Shown: positions 47,618 to 58,000 of the stretch, piece after piece | Layout: every line of letters begins with the position of its first letter | Position numbering within the stretch: position 1 is the stretch's first letter | Assembly: GCA_964468805.1 (NCBI GenBank) | Contig: CAYXWM010000004.1 | Coordinates: 969 to 64,968 of the forward strand | Reading direction: 5' to 3' | Origin: an uncultured Defluviitaleaceae bacterium | Lineage (GTDB): Bacteria > Bacillota > Clostridia > Lachnospirales > WRBF01 | DNA: 64,000 nt | The notes under the pieces: generated by a model | Databases searched by the model: none | Told to the model about the DNA's origin: nothing | The model's input: only the letters and a program-made list of their open reading frames with translations | Translations under genes and position numbers: made by a program

Positions 47618-47652
47618 ATACTTAATGTGCAAGAAATAGCGATTAAGTTTAA
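47617..47652. repeat. Rep-C short form (degenerate), abutting Rep-B copy 3
   Basis: TATACTTAATGTGCAAGAAATAGCGATTAAGTTTAAT. Confidence 0.55.
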
Positions 47653-47692
47653 TTATTTACCCTGTACCGCATCCCCGAAAGCCTTAAAGTAG

Positions 47693-48664
47693 GTGAAATT
47701 ATTGCAGAAATTCAGTAGGAACTTGCGTATTTTTGGGGTTATGATATTGGTGTTTTTGTCAGCTTATATTGTAATGATCTTCGTATCCAAAAATAACAAC
47801 GGTTCTACAGAGAAAATTTTGGTTAATGTATATTTTCTAAACCCCTTAACAAATCGTATCGAACCGGAACTGCATTATGTGGAAACCGGCGAAAACAAAG
47901 AAATAGCCACCAAAGTCCTAAAAATGCTCTTTGAAGGTCCCACCGGCTCTAAACTGGTAAAAACCGTAAATGACAAGGTGGAATTCATAGACGGCAGAAT
48001 AGTCAACGACTCGGTTCTTGAAATAGAATTTTCCGAAAACTACAATAATATGAGTCCCTTGGAAGAACTTTTTTTCCGTGGCTCTCTGGTCTGGACTATG
48101 ACAGATCTGGAATTTATCCAGGATATACACATTTACGTTAACGGTCGGGAACTGTTGACCCAAGCCGGAAAACCCATGGGTCTACAAAACCGCAAAAACG
48201 TCATTATCCATACCAATATACCTCCGGAACCGCTAAACCATCGTACCGTCAAGCTGTATTTCATAAAAGAAGGTACGGGCACTTTGGCAACGGAAACCAG
48301 AACGGTTAGGGTTAAAGACTTGCCCATAGAGGCATATATAGTAGAAGAACTCATAACCGGCCCAACAACCCAAGGTCTCTTACCCACCCTACCCCAAGGC
48401 ACCAAAGTTAGGGAAGTCAAAACAGACGAGGGTATTTGCTATCTGAATCTAAGTGCGGAATTTATAAACAAACAATCCGGCATAACCGGGGATCAAAATC
48501 TTACCATATATTCCATAGTAAACTCCCTGACCGAATTAAGCTCCGTGAAAAAAGTACAATTCCTAATAGAATCCGAAAAGCCCCAATACGTAGAAGGCGA
48601 ATTTGACCTTTCCAAACCTCTGGAGAAAAACACGGATATTGTGGATAAAGTGGATAAACCATAA
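47693..48664 (+). CDS. GerMN-domain lipoprotein-like protein
   Basis: Two GerMN-like repeats (..VNVYFLNPLTNRIEPE..ATKVLKMLFEGP.. and ..VKLYFIKEGTGTLATETR..AYIVEELITGP..). N-terminal TM. Confidence 0.75.
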   Translation: MKLLQKFSRNLRIFGVMILVFLSAYIVMIFVSKNNNGSTEKILVNVYFLNPLTNRIEPELHYVETGENKEIATKVLKMLFEGPTGSKLVKTVNDKVEFIDGRIVNDSVLEIEFSENYNNMSPLEELFFRGSLVWTMTDLEFIQDIHIYVNGRELLTQAGKPMGLQNRKNVIIHTNIPPEPLNHRTVKLYFIKEGTGTLATETRTVRVKDLPIEAYIVEELITGPTTQGLLPTLPQGTKVREVKTDEGICYLNLSAEFINKQSGITGDQNLTIYSIVNSLTELSSVKKVQFLIESEKPQYVEGEFDLSKPLEKNTDIVDKVDKP

Positions 48665-48715
48665 TTGCCGTAAATCTGCTTTTAACGTGGGTTTAGTTCC
48701 GTTATTTCAGTAATA

Positions 48716-48762
48716 GGAGATTTGAGGGAAACTTTGATTGTAGAAGTTTCCCTCAAGGTTTT
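48716..48762 (+). repeat. Rep-B copy 4 (short-loop variant)
   Basis: TTTGAGGGAAACTT-TGATTGTA-GAAGTTTCCCTCAAGGTTTT. Ends 18 nt before the comEC ATG. Confidence 0.8.
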
Positions 48763-48779
48763 AAAAGCAGGTGAATACC

Positions 48780-51110
48780 ATGAACAGACCGTTAATTATA
48801 TCCCTTTTATATACTGTTGCGGGAATACTAATCGCTAGATTTACAGGCGATACGGTTGGGCTTACGGTATTTTTTTTATTGTGTTTGGGTATGTGCCTTT
48901 GCCTGTATATAAAATTTAAAACCCCTGCCGTTTTTATATTTTTATTATTTTTCGGTGTAGGTGTTTTCAGAACTGCCGCTGTAATTCAACCTTTCGACCC
49001 TAAGCTTGAATCCTACGCTAATTCCGGTACTGAATTAACTGTTCTTGCTAAGGTTACGGATTTATCCTTAACCGGCACAGGTCTCCAACGAATAGAAGCC
49101 GAAACCTATCTTATAAAAAGCGACACAGAAGAACAGCAAATAAATATTAACTTTAAGGCGGTATTGGAAAAGGGCGAAACGGTTCAGGTAGGGCAACAAT
49201 TGGTCTTAAAAGGCAAATTGCTTCATCATTCACCGGCAAGAAACCCAGGCGGTTTTGATGAATATACCTACCTTAAATCACTGAACATAGCATATAAAAT
49301 GTTTCCCAAGGTGATTTCCAAAGGCGAAATAAGTCAAGACTTAAATACATATCTGTATAATATTCGGGAGAAAATTTCCTCCGTTTTTGACAAAGCTCTG
49401 CCCGAACGGGAAGCCGCCGTTATTAAATCCATGATTTTAGGCGATAAATCCGAACTGGATGATGAGATTTCCGATATATACAAGGAAGCCGGCATATATC
49501 ATATTTTGGTTATCAGCGGGCTGCATATAACGATACTGGGTTTTTGCTTCGAGTTATTCTTTTCCTTGTTTATGAAAAGGCGTTTTTCCGGGATACCCGC
49601 TCTGCTCCTTTTGACTGTTTATTGCTTATTAACCGGCAGTTCATTATCTACGGTTCGTGCCGTTACCATGTTTGGGGTTATGGCTTTTTCAAGGTTATTA
49701 CGCCGAGATTATGATATGCTTTCCTCCGTTGCCTTTTCCTGTATAGCCCTGCTTATATATCAACCCTTTTATCTTTGGAATACAGGATTCTTGCTGACCT
49801 ATTCGTCAGTTTTGGGAATAGGCTACGGTTATGTCCCCGTGTTGAATTTATTTGAATATCTGAAAAAATATAAACCGGGTAGGGCTTTCTTTAAATTTGA
49901 TAAACTTAATAAGGCTCTTGCCCTTATTGTAGCCGTTCAGGTGGCAAATGCACCGGTTATAGCCTTTCAATTCAATTATTATGCCACTTACTCTGTTTTG
50001 ACCAATCTTATAATCATCCCAACAGTTTGCCTTACTGTTGGTTTGGGTATGATAGCCGGGGTAGTGGGCTTGATGTTTTCGGAACTTGCGGTTATACTCA
50101 GTGGAGGAGTCTTTACTCTGCTTAAAGCTTATGAATGGATTTCAAACTTTTTCAGAGAACTGCCCTTTGCTAAAATTTTAATGGGACAGCCCTTGATTTT
50201 GGAAATCTTTCTGTGGTATGTGACTTTGTGTGTTTTATATTTTGTAATCAACAAAAAGAAGTTTAAATACCTAAAATATTCTGCCTGTATTTTTGTTGCC
50301 TTTGTGGCGGTAAGTTTAAGTAAGCCATTTTTTCAAACGCCTACCGTAACTATGATGGACGTGGGTCAAGGAGACAGTTTTATAATTGAAGCAGCCGGCA
50401 AGGTTTATATAACCGATTGCGGAAACAGCGGTTACGGTAACTCCGTGATTTTGCCTTATCTGGATTTTAAGGGCATACATAAAATCGACGGTGTTTTCAT
50501 CAGCCACTTTGACAAGGACCATGCCGCAGGGCTTGAAGAAATAATAGGCAAAAAACAAATCTCAGCCGTGTATTCCAAGGAAGGTACTTGGGAAAGCGAA
50601 AAATACAAGAAAAAAATACTTAACATGTTTGAACGCAACAATATAGACTTTATAAACATGAAACAAAATGAATTGCTAACCGATGGGGAACTTAAATTTC
50701 TCGCCCTTTCACCGCCCAAAGATTTTGGCAACACCAACGACAACAGTTTGGTTTTTAAATTCAGCTACGGAGAAGCGGATTTTCTGTTTACGGGTGATAT
50801 GGGTAAAAACACCGAAAAGGCTGTACTTGCAGAGGAAAACAACATCAATTGCGAAATAATTAAGCTGGCACATCACGGCTCAAAAAACTCTACCACCGAG
50901 GAATTTTTGAAAACCGTGTCGCCCAAAGCAGCTTTGGTTAGTGCCGGAATAAACAATATGTATAAGCATCCCTCAAAAGAAGTCTTGGAACGCCTAAGGG
51001 CTATGAATATTCCCTGCTTCAGCACCCCGGTAAACGGAGCCGTAACCATTGAAATTAAGGACGGCGGTAAGGAGCTGAACGTAATCCCAATGATAATAAC
51101 GGGAAGTTAA
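48780..51110 (+). CDS. comEC: DNA internalization competence protein ComEC/Rec2 (DUF4131 + competence + MBL domains)
   Basis: Polytopic core ..GIYHILVISGLHI.. and a C-terminal MBL domain MDVGQGDSFII..HFDKDHAGG..LAHHGS. The ATG at 48780 follows AGGTGA. Confidence 0.9.
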   Translation: MNRPLIISLLYTVAGILIARFTGDTVGLTVFFLLCLGMCLCLYIKFKTPAVFIFLLFFGVGVFRTAAVIQPFDPKLESYANSGTELTVLAKVTDLSLTGTGLQRIEAETYLIKSDTEEQQININFKAVLEKGETVQVGQQLVLKGKLLHHSPARNPGGFDEYTYLKSLNIAYKMFPKVISKGEISQDLNTYLYNIREKISSVFDKALPEREAAVIKSMILGDKSELDDEISDIYKEAGIYHILVISGLHITILGFCFELFFSLFMKRRFSGIPALLLLTVYCLLTGSSLSTVRAVTMFGVMAFSRLLRRDYDMLSSVAFSCIALLIYQPFYLWNTGFLLTYSSVLGIGYGYVPVLNLFEYLKKYKPGRAFFKFDKLNKALALIVAVQVANAPVIAFQFNYYATYSVLTNLIIIPTVCLTVGLGMIAGVVGLMFSELAVILSGGVFTLLKAYEWISNFFRELPFAKILMGQPLILEIFLWYVTLCVLYFVINKKKFKYLKYSACIFVAFVAVSLSKPFFQTPTVTMMDVGQGDSFIIEAAGKVYITDCGNSGYGNSVILPYLDFKGIHKIDGVFISHFDKDHAAGLEEIIGKKQISAVYSKEGTWESEKYKKKILNMFERNNIDFINMKQNELLTDGELKFLALSPPKDFGNTNDNSLVFKFSYGEADFLFTGDMGKNTEKAVLAEENNINCEIIKLAHHGSKNSTTEEFLKTVSPKAALVSAGINNMYKHPSKEVLERLRAMNIPCFSTPVNGAVTIEIKDGGKELNVIPMIITGS

Positions 51111-51197
51111 AGTTTTTTGAAGTTAAAGATAAATTTTTCTCATCTGCAAGTTTTCTCAAAAGTCTTTTTTTTACAAAATTTCAAAGTAGGTTATAAA

Positions 51198-52193
51198 ATG
51201 AAAGAACTGAAAAACCATATAAAATTAAAACAATTCAAGCCTATTTACCTTCTTTTCGGAGAAGAACATTTTCTCATGAGAAAATACAAGGACGAATTGG
51301 AAAAAATTATAGAGCCGGATGCACAAACCATGAATTTTGACCGCTTTAGGGACAAGGAATGCTCCGTATCCGGTATTTGCGATGCGGCGGCAACCCTGCC
51401 TTTTATGTCCGAAAAAAGATTGGTTTTTGTGGAATCCTCCGGATTGTTTGCACCGGGCAGAAAGGACGACTCCGAAAGAATATGCGATTTCTTGGACGAC
51501 CTTCCGGACACTACTCATATGGTGTTTGTGGAAAGTAACGTGGACAAACGCAGTCGGCTTTATAAAAAAGTAGCCAAACTGGGGCATTGTGCCGAGTTTA
51601 AAACCCAAGCGGAAAAGGACTTGGGGGTTTGGGTTGAGCAAATATTCAAAAAGCAGGGCAAATCCATTTCAAAAATCGACGCAACTTTATTAATCCGTAC
51701 CGTTTCGCCGGATATGGAGACTGTCTACAAAGAATGCGAAAAAATTATAGCCTATCTGGGAGAACGGGATAAAGTAAAGGCAGAGGATATAGAGCAAATC
51801 TGCGTTAAATCCCTTGAAGCACAAATATTCCAGATGTTGGACGCTTTCGGTCACAGAAACGCCGGAACAGCCCTAGACATCTACAGCAAATTAATACGCC
51901 TAAAAGAATCGCCCATTATGATAATCTCCATGATAGCAAGGCAAATACGCCTTATTATTCAATCCAAATTGCTTTTAAACAAGGGGCTTGATTCAGCCTC
52001 TATTGCTCAACGCCTTTCCCAGCGACAATTCGTAATTAACGAATGTATACGCCAAAGCAAGAATTTCAGCTTGGAAGTCTTGCAAAAAGCATTAAATAAT
52101 TGCCTGGAGACAGACGTAAATATAAAATCGGGTAAAATTACCGATGTTCTTGCGGTAGAGTTGCTTATAACCCGGTTTTGCACCGGTGCATAA
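51198..52193 (+). CDS. holA: DNA polymerase III delta subunit
   Basis: KPIYLLFGEEHFL..LPFMSEKRLVFV.. pattern, and conserved synteny after comEC. The ATG at 51198 is preferred to the track start at 51117. Confidence 0.85.
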   Translation: MKELKNHIKLKQFKPIYLLFGEEHFLMRKYKDELEKIIEPDAQTMNFDRFRDKECSVSGICDAAATLPFMSEKRLVFVESSGLFAPGRKDDSERICDFLDDLPDTTHMVFVESNVDKRSRLYKKVAKLGHCAEFKTQAEKDLGVWVEQIFKKQGKSISKIDATLLIRTVSPDMETVYKECEKIIAYLGERDKVKAEDIEQICVKSLEAQIFQMLDAFGHRNAGTALDIYSKLIRLKESPIMIISMIARQIRLIIQSKLLLNKGLDSASIAQRLSQRQFVINECIRQSKNFSLEVLQKALNNCLETDVNIKSGKITDVLAVELLITRFCTGA

Positions 52194-52624
52194 AGCCTTT
52201 ATAAAATAAAACATTTTTATCGTAAAGGTTTGTATTTTACGATACCAACGGCGAATTAAAGATTTTTACGTGCCGTATGAACTTTTCCGTATACAAAATT
52301 TTGGATATTTACGAGCAAAAATTCGGAAAAATTCAAAAACCGGCTAAATTACTCTATAAAACTCCTCATTATATATTGTAGATTTATTACGGTTTTTAAG
52401 CTAACGCTTGACAGATATTTCAAAACGTAATACAATTGCATGGTGTTATAAAAGTTTTATGGATAAAAATTTTCTTCGTGCTAAATCAATTTAGTACTAA
52501 ATTAATAAATTTCTTTTCCCAATCACAAGAATTTTATTAATTTATAACTTTGATTAAAAAAACTTAAAAAGTTTGGGTATGTATAAAAGTATACTCAAAA
52601 ATTCACTGTAAGGAGGTGTGTTTT

Positions 52625-54184
52625 GTGTGGGATAACGTAGTATTTACAAGTATTATCGGCGTTTTGGCAACCATATTTGTAATAGGCATAAGTTTTTTCT
52701 GCGGCATATTGTATCGCAAAAAAATAGCCGAAACCAAGCTTGGCTCTGCGGAAAAAGAAGCCGTATTTATCTTGGAAGAGGCTAGGCGTAAGGCAGAAGC
52801 CGAAAAGAAAGAAATTTTGCTGGAAGCAAAAGAAGAAAGCATTAAAGCAAAAAACGAAGCCGAAAAGGAAGTTAAGGAGCGTCGTGCCGAAATTCAACGC
52901 CTTGAACGCAGACTGCTGCAAAAAGAGGAAACGTTGGACAAAAAGGTTGATGCTTTGGAAAAAAGGGAAGAACAGTTAGCTACGAAAAATGAGCACCTCG
53001 AACAACTTAAGGTCGAGGTTGAACATATAAAAGAGCAACATATTTCCGAACTGGAACGAATCTCGGCTTTGACCCAAGAACAGGCTAAGGAATACCTGTT
53101 GGCTATGGTAGAGGACGATGTGCGTGCCGATACGGCAAGGCTTATTAAGGACTATGAAGCCAAGGCAAAACAGGATGCGGATAAAAAATCCCGTGAGATT
53201 TTGGCAGGAGCCATCCAACGCTGTGCCGTTGATCATGTGGCGGAAACCACCGTATCAGTTGTGGCATTGCCAAATGATGAAATGAAGGGTCGCATTATCG
53301 GCCGTGAGGGCAGAAATATTAGGGCTTTGGAATCCCTTACCGGCATAGATTTTATAATCGATGATACCCCCGAAGCGGTTATTCTCTCCGGCTTTGACAG
53401 CATGAGACGTGAAATCGCAAGAATAGCACTTGAAAAATTAATAATCGACGGTCGTGTTCACCCCGCCAGAATAGAAGAAATGGTGGAAAAGGCAAAAAAA
53501 GAAGTGGAAGTCACCATCAGAGAAGAAGGCGAAGCCGCCACTTTCGAAACCGCCGTACACGGTATACACCCCGATTTAATCCGCCTGCTGGGCAAAATGA
53601 AATTCAGGACAAGCTATGGACAAAATGTTTTGAAACATTCTATAGAAGTGGCTCACCTTTGCGGTTTGATTGCCGCTGAACTGGGCGTTGACATATCCAT
53701 TGCCAAACGAGCCGGTTTGCTCCATGATATAGGAAAATCCGTAGACCACGATATGGAAGGCTCTCATATAACCATAGGTGCCGGTCTTTGCAAAAAATAT
53801 CGTGAATCCGATATTATTATTAACGCTGTAGAATCACATCACGGCGACATTGAACCCAACAATATCTACTCCATTATCACACAAACAGCCGATGCAATAT
53901 CCGCATCTCGCCCCGGTGCAAGACGTGAGACTCTGGAATCTTACATCAAACGCCTGCAAAAACTGGAGGCCATCGCCGATAGCTTTATCGGAGTTGAAAA
54001 GTCGTTTGCTATCCAGGCCGGTCGTGAATTGCGAATTGTCATAATTCCCGAAATGGTCGACGAAAGCGAATTAACCATCTTGGCTCGTGAGATTGTAAAA
54101 AGAATAGAATCCGAATTAGACTACCCCGGACAAATCAAAATACATCTGATTCGTGAAACCCGTGCTATTGAATACGCAAAATAA
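52625..54184 (+). CDS. rny: Ribonuclease Y
   Basis: N-terminal TM, coiled coil, KH domain ([17 protein letters not shown]) and HD domain (LLHDIGK). GTG at 52625 lies 8 nt after AGGAGG. Promoter TTGACA-17-TACAAT at about 52409-52437. Confidence 0.92.
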   Translation: MWDNVVFTSIIGVLATIFVIGISFFCGILYRKKIAETKLGSAEKEAVFILEEARRKAEAEKKEILLEAKEESIKAKNEAEKEVKERRAEIQRLERRLLQKEETLDKKVDALEKREEQLATKNEHLEQLKVEVEHIKEQHISELERISALTQEQAKEYLLAMVEDDVRADTARLIKDYEAKAKQDADKKSREILAGAIQRCAVDHVAETTVSVVALPNDEMKGRIIGREGRNIRALESLTGIDFIIDDTPEAVILSGFDSMRREIARIALEKLIIDGRVHPARIEEMVEKAKKEVEVTIREEGEAATFETAVHGIHPDLIRLLGKMKFRTSYGQNVLKHSIEVAHLCGLIAAELGVDISIAKRAGLLHDIGKSVDHDMEGSHITIGAGLCKKYRESDIIINAVESHHGDIEPNNIYSIITQTADAISASRPGARRETLESYIKRLQKLEAIADSFIGVEKSFAIQAGRELRIVIIPEMVDESELTILAREIVKRIESELDYPGQIKIHLIRETRAIEYAK

Positions 54185-54288
54185 TATTTTTATATTATTC
54201 TTATATATTTTTTATTCACGGTATTTTTAACTTATGTTTCACTTACTTTGCTAATAACATGGCATTGATTTGCCATTTCGGTATCCCA

Positions 54289-54350
54289 CAACCTCGTCTG
54301 AGAATAATCCCTGTTTTTGTGATTATACTCAGACGGGGTTGTTGTTTTTA
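54289..54350. terminator. Long-stem terminator shared by rny (+) and the convergent small ORF (-)
   Basis: ACAACCTCGTCTGAG..CTCAGACGGGGTTGT stem followed by TGTTTTT. Confidence 0.75.
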
Positions 54351-54369
54351 CTGAGAAATTTCACTATCT

Positions 54370-54537
54370 TCACCGCCGACATCTACAGCTTCCTATACAA
54401 CCGAAAAGGATAGCCAACAGAAAAAATATCCAGCTTGTTGACAGTAACAGAGCAAAAATATATATTAATAACTGTAATAATGCTATACTTAAACAAATCC
54501 CCGCAATAACGCAGAAGCATTTAAAGAAGAAATACAT
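54370..54537 (-). CDS. 55-aa hydrophobic Cys-rich peptide with a basic C-terminus (type I toxin-like)
   Basis: AAGGAGGTG lies 5 nt upstream of the ATG. Translation is MYFFFKCFCVIAGICLSIALLQLLIYIFALLLSTSWIFFLLAILFGCIGSCRCRR. Not in the ORF track. Confidence 0.45.
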   Translation of the reverse strand: MYFFFKCFCVIAGICLSIALLQLLIYIFALLLSTSWIFFLLAILFGCIGSCRCRR

Positions 54538-54642
54538 AATAACACCTCCTTTTTAGATTTTTATATGTCAGGAGATTGTTTTTAACTTTTCAAACAACCT
54601 CGATTAATGCAATAATCCTCGTTTACCGTAAGTTTTATAATA

Positions 54643-54731
54643 ATTCCATATTAGATGAATGATAATTAATCGTTTTTACCTTGAACTGTTGAAAAAAATC
54701 AATTATTTTTGTCCTCTGTTTAAAATGGAAC
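54643..54731 (+). repeat. Rep-A copy F
   Basis: Matches the Rep-A consensus, with the 5' half more diverged. Confidence 0.88.
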
Positions 54732-54841
54732 CGGTGTATTTGCTATTAGAGAGGATTAGTATATCTTATTCTCCGGTTGTCCCAAAGTATCCTAGTCTAT
54801 GTGCACCGGAACACAAAACCTTTTAGGATAGGAGTTTTCTA

Positions 54842-55000
54842 ATGGCTATAGGAGTAATAGGCGGACCGGACGGTCCAACGTCTGTATACATAACACCCGT
54901 TTTTAATTGGATTAATGTCATTTATACGCTAATTGTAATTTTGGTTGTTTCGGGCTTAATTATTTGGCTAGTCCGCAAGAATAAAAAATCAAAGAGATAA
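54842..55000 (+). CDS. 52-aa tail-anchored small membrane protein
   Basis: AGGAG RBS. Translation is MAIGVIGGPDGPTSVYITPVFNWINVIYTLIVILVVSGLIIWLVRKNKKSKR. Not in the ORF track. Confidence 0.45.
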   Translation: MAIGVIGGPDGPTSVYITPVFNWINVIYTLIVILVVSGLIIWLVRKNKKSKR

Positions 55001-55053
55001 TGGAATATTTATACTCTCATTGGGGATTATAATATCTAAAGGAGGTGTTTTTA

Positions 55054-55206
55054 ATGTCCAATCAAGAAATTCGCTGCAACGTTCACAATTGTAAATTCAA
55101 TGACAAGGCTAACTACTGCACACTTAACAGTATCGTTGTGGGCTCTGAAACCGCCAACGCTTGCAAAAAATGTGATACTGAATGTGTAAGCTTTGAACAA
55201 GAATAA
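55054..55206 (+). CDS. DUF1540-like Cys-rich small protein
   Basis: AAAGGAGGTG RBS. Translation is MSNQEIRCNVHNCKFNDKANYCTLNSIVVGSETANACKKCDTECVSFEQE. The CxVxxCxF..xxCxLxxIxV pattern is as in DUF1540. Confidence 0.55.
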   Translation: MSNQEIRCNVHNCKFNDKANYCTLNSIVVGSETANACKKCDTECVSFEQE

Positions 55207-55216
55207 TAATATGGTA

Positions 55217-55250
55217 AAAAAGAGCAACCCCCAAAAAGGTTGCTCTTTTT
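55217..55250 (+). terminator. Terminator hairpin, first of two sequence-related copies
   Basis: AAAAAGAGCAACC-CCCAAAAA-GGTTGCTCTTTTT. Confidence 0.8.
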
Positions 55251-55287
55251 AATGTCTGAATTAACTACGACTACTATTTGAAAACAA

Positions 55288-55318
55288 AAAGAGCAACCGC
55301 AAAGGGTTGCTCTTTCTT
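55288..55318 (+). terminator. Terminator hairpin, second related copy
   Basis: AAAAAGAGCAACC-GCAAAG-GGTTGCTCTTTC. Same stem as 55217..55250 with a different loop. Confidence 0.65.
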
Positions 55319-55670
55319 CGTTAAAAAGGGGAATATGATGTATTAAGACCGTAACCCGGCTTTCAAAACTTGTTGCAGGTTGAAACTTATCTTTTCGTAC
55401 AAGTTTTTGTAACATTTAAATCGGTTCTTGAATGTGCTTGATTTTTTTATATAACTGCATTTAAGAGGATTATAAATGAAAACTTACATTTGGTTAAAGG
55501 TTTTGAAAGAGGCTTGGGAGAAAGCCGGTGCAAGGCTTTCTTTCCAAAGGTCCTTATGTTTAATGGGGTCATGGTAGTTTTTTGCATATAACCATGCAAA
55601 AACTTACTCATTACGTGATGCTTACTTCGGAATTCAATTTGCTACGCAAATTGTTTGACCGAAAAGTTAA

Positions 55671-57320
<1,650 letters not shown>

Positions 57321-57362
57321 CTAAAATATTTAAACTACGTACTGGATTTATTAATTTTAGAA

Positions 57363-57647
57363 TTATTCTACGATAGCCAAAATGTCGCTTTGTTTTAAGA
57401 TTATATATTCAACAGAGTCCATTTTAACCTCTGTGCCTGCGTATTTGGAATAAATTATTTTGTCTCCGACTTTAACTTCCATTTTAACTTCTTTGCCGTC
57501 AATCATTCCACCCGGTCCTACGGCTACGACTTCCGCTTCTTGGGGTTTTTCTTTTGCTTGACCCGGCAAAACTATGCCTGATTTTGTTTTTTCTTCAGCT
57601 TCAAGTTGTTTGATTACTACTCTGTCACCCAATGGTTTAAGATTCAT
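57363..57647 (-). CDS. groS: Co-chaperonin GroES
   Basis: [28 protein letters not shown].... Confidence 0.96.
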   Translation of the reverse strand: MNLKPLGDRVVIKQLEAEEKTKSGIVLPGQAKEKPQEAEVVAVGPGGMIDGKEVKMEVKVGDKIIYSKYAGTEVKMDSVEYIILKQSDILAIVE

Positions 57648-57727
57648 AATTAAATATCCTCCTTTTGACGGTTGTAATCTAATTCCTACAGAGAACGGAT
57701 GTACTTAAAAAACCGGAATTAGTTTTA

Positions 57728-57754
57728 TTAGCACTCAACCTAATTGAGTGCTAA
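57728..57754. promoter_or_regulatory. CIRCE element (HrcA operator)
   Basis: Perfect TTAGCACTC-N9-GAGTGCTAA. Confidence 0.92.
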
Positions 57755-57764
57755 CTGCTACTAT

Positions 57765-57793
57765 ATATTAGTAAAAGGTATTACTTTATGCAA
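57765..57793 (-). promoter_or_regulatory. groES-groEL sigma-A promoter
   Basis: Read in gene orientation: TTGCAT, 17 nt, TAATAT. Lies 10 nt upstream of CIRCE. Confidence 0.65.
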
Positions 57794-58000
57794 TCTCGAA
57801 TTATATGCAAAATCGGCTGAAAATTCGAAAATTACTGTTCGGTAATGCCTTTTACTTTTGTTATCTTTAATTATTCCCGTATTTTATAATTTTATAATAT
57901 AGGAGATGTTATTTGCAACTACATTATTCTTCATTATATTACAGGGTTAATTAAAGGATTTTATGTTGTAACATTTTATGTATTATGTTAAAATGCAGCG

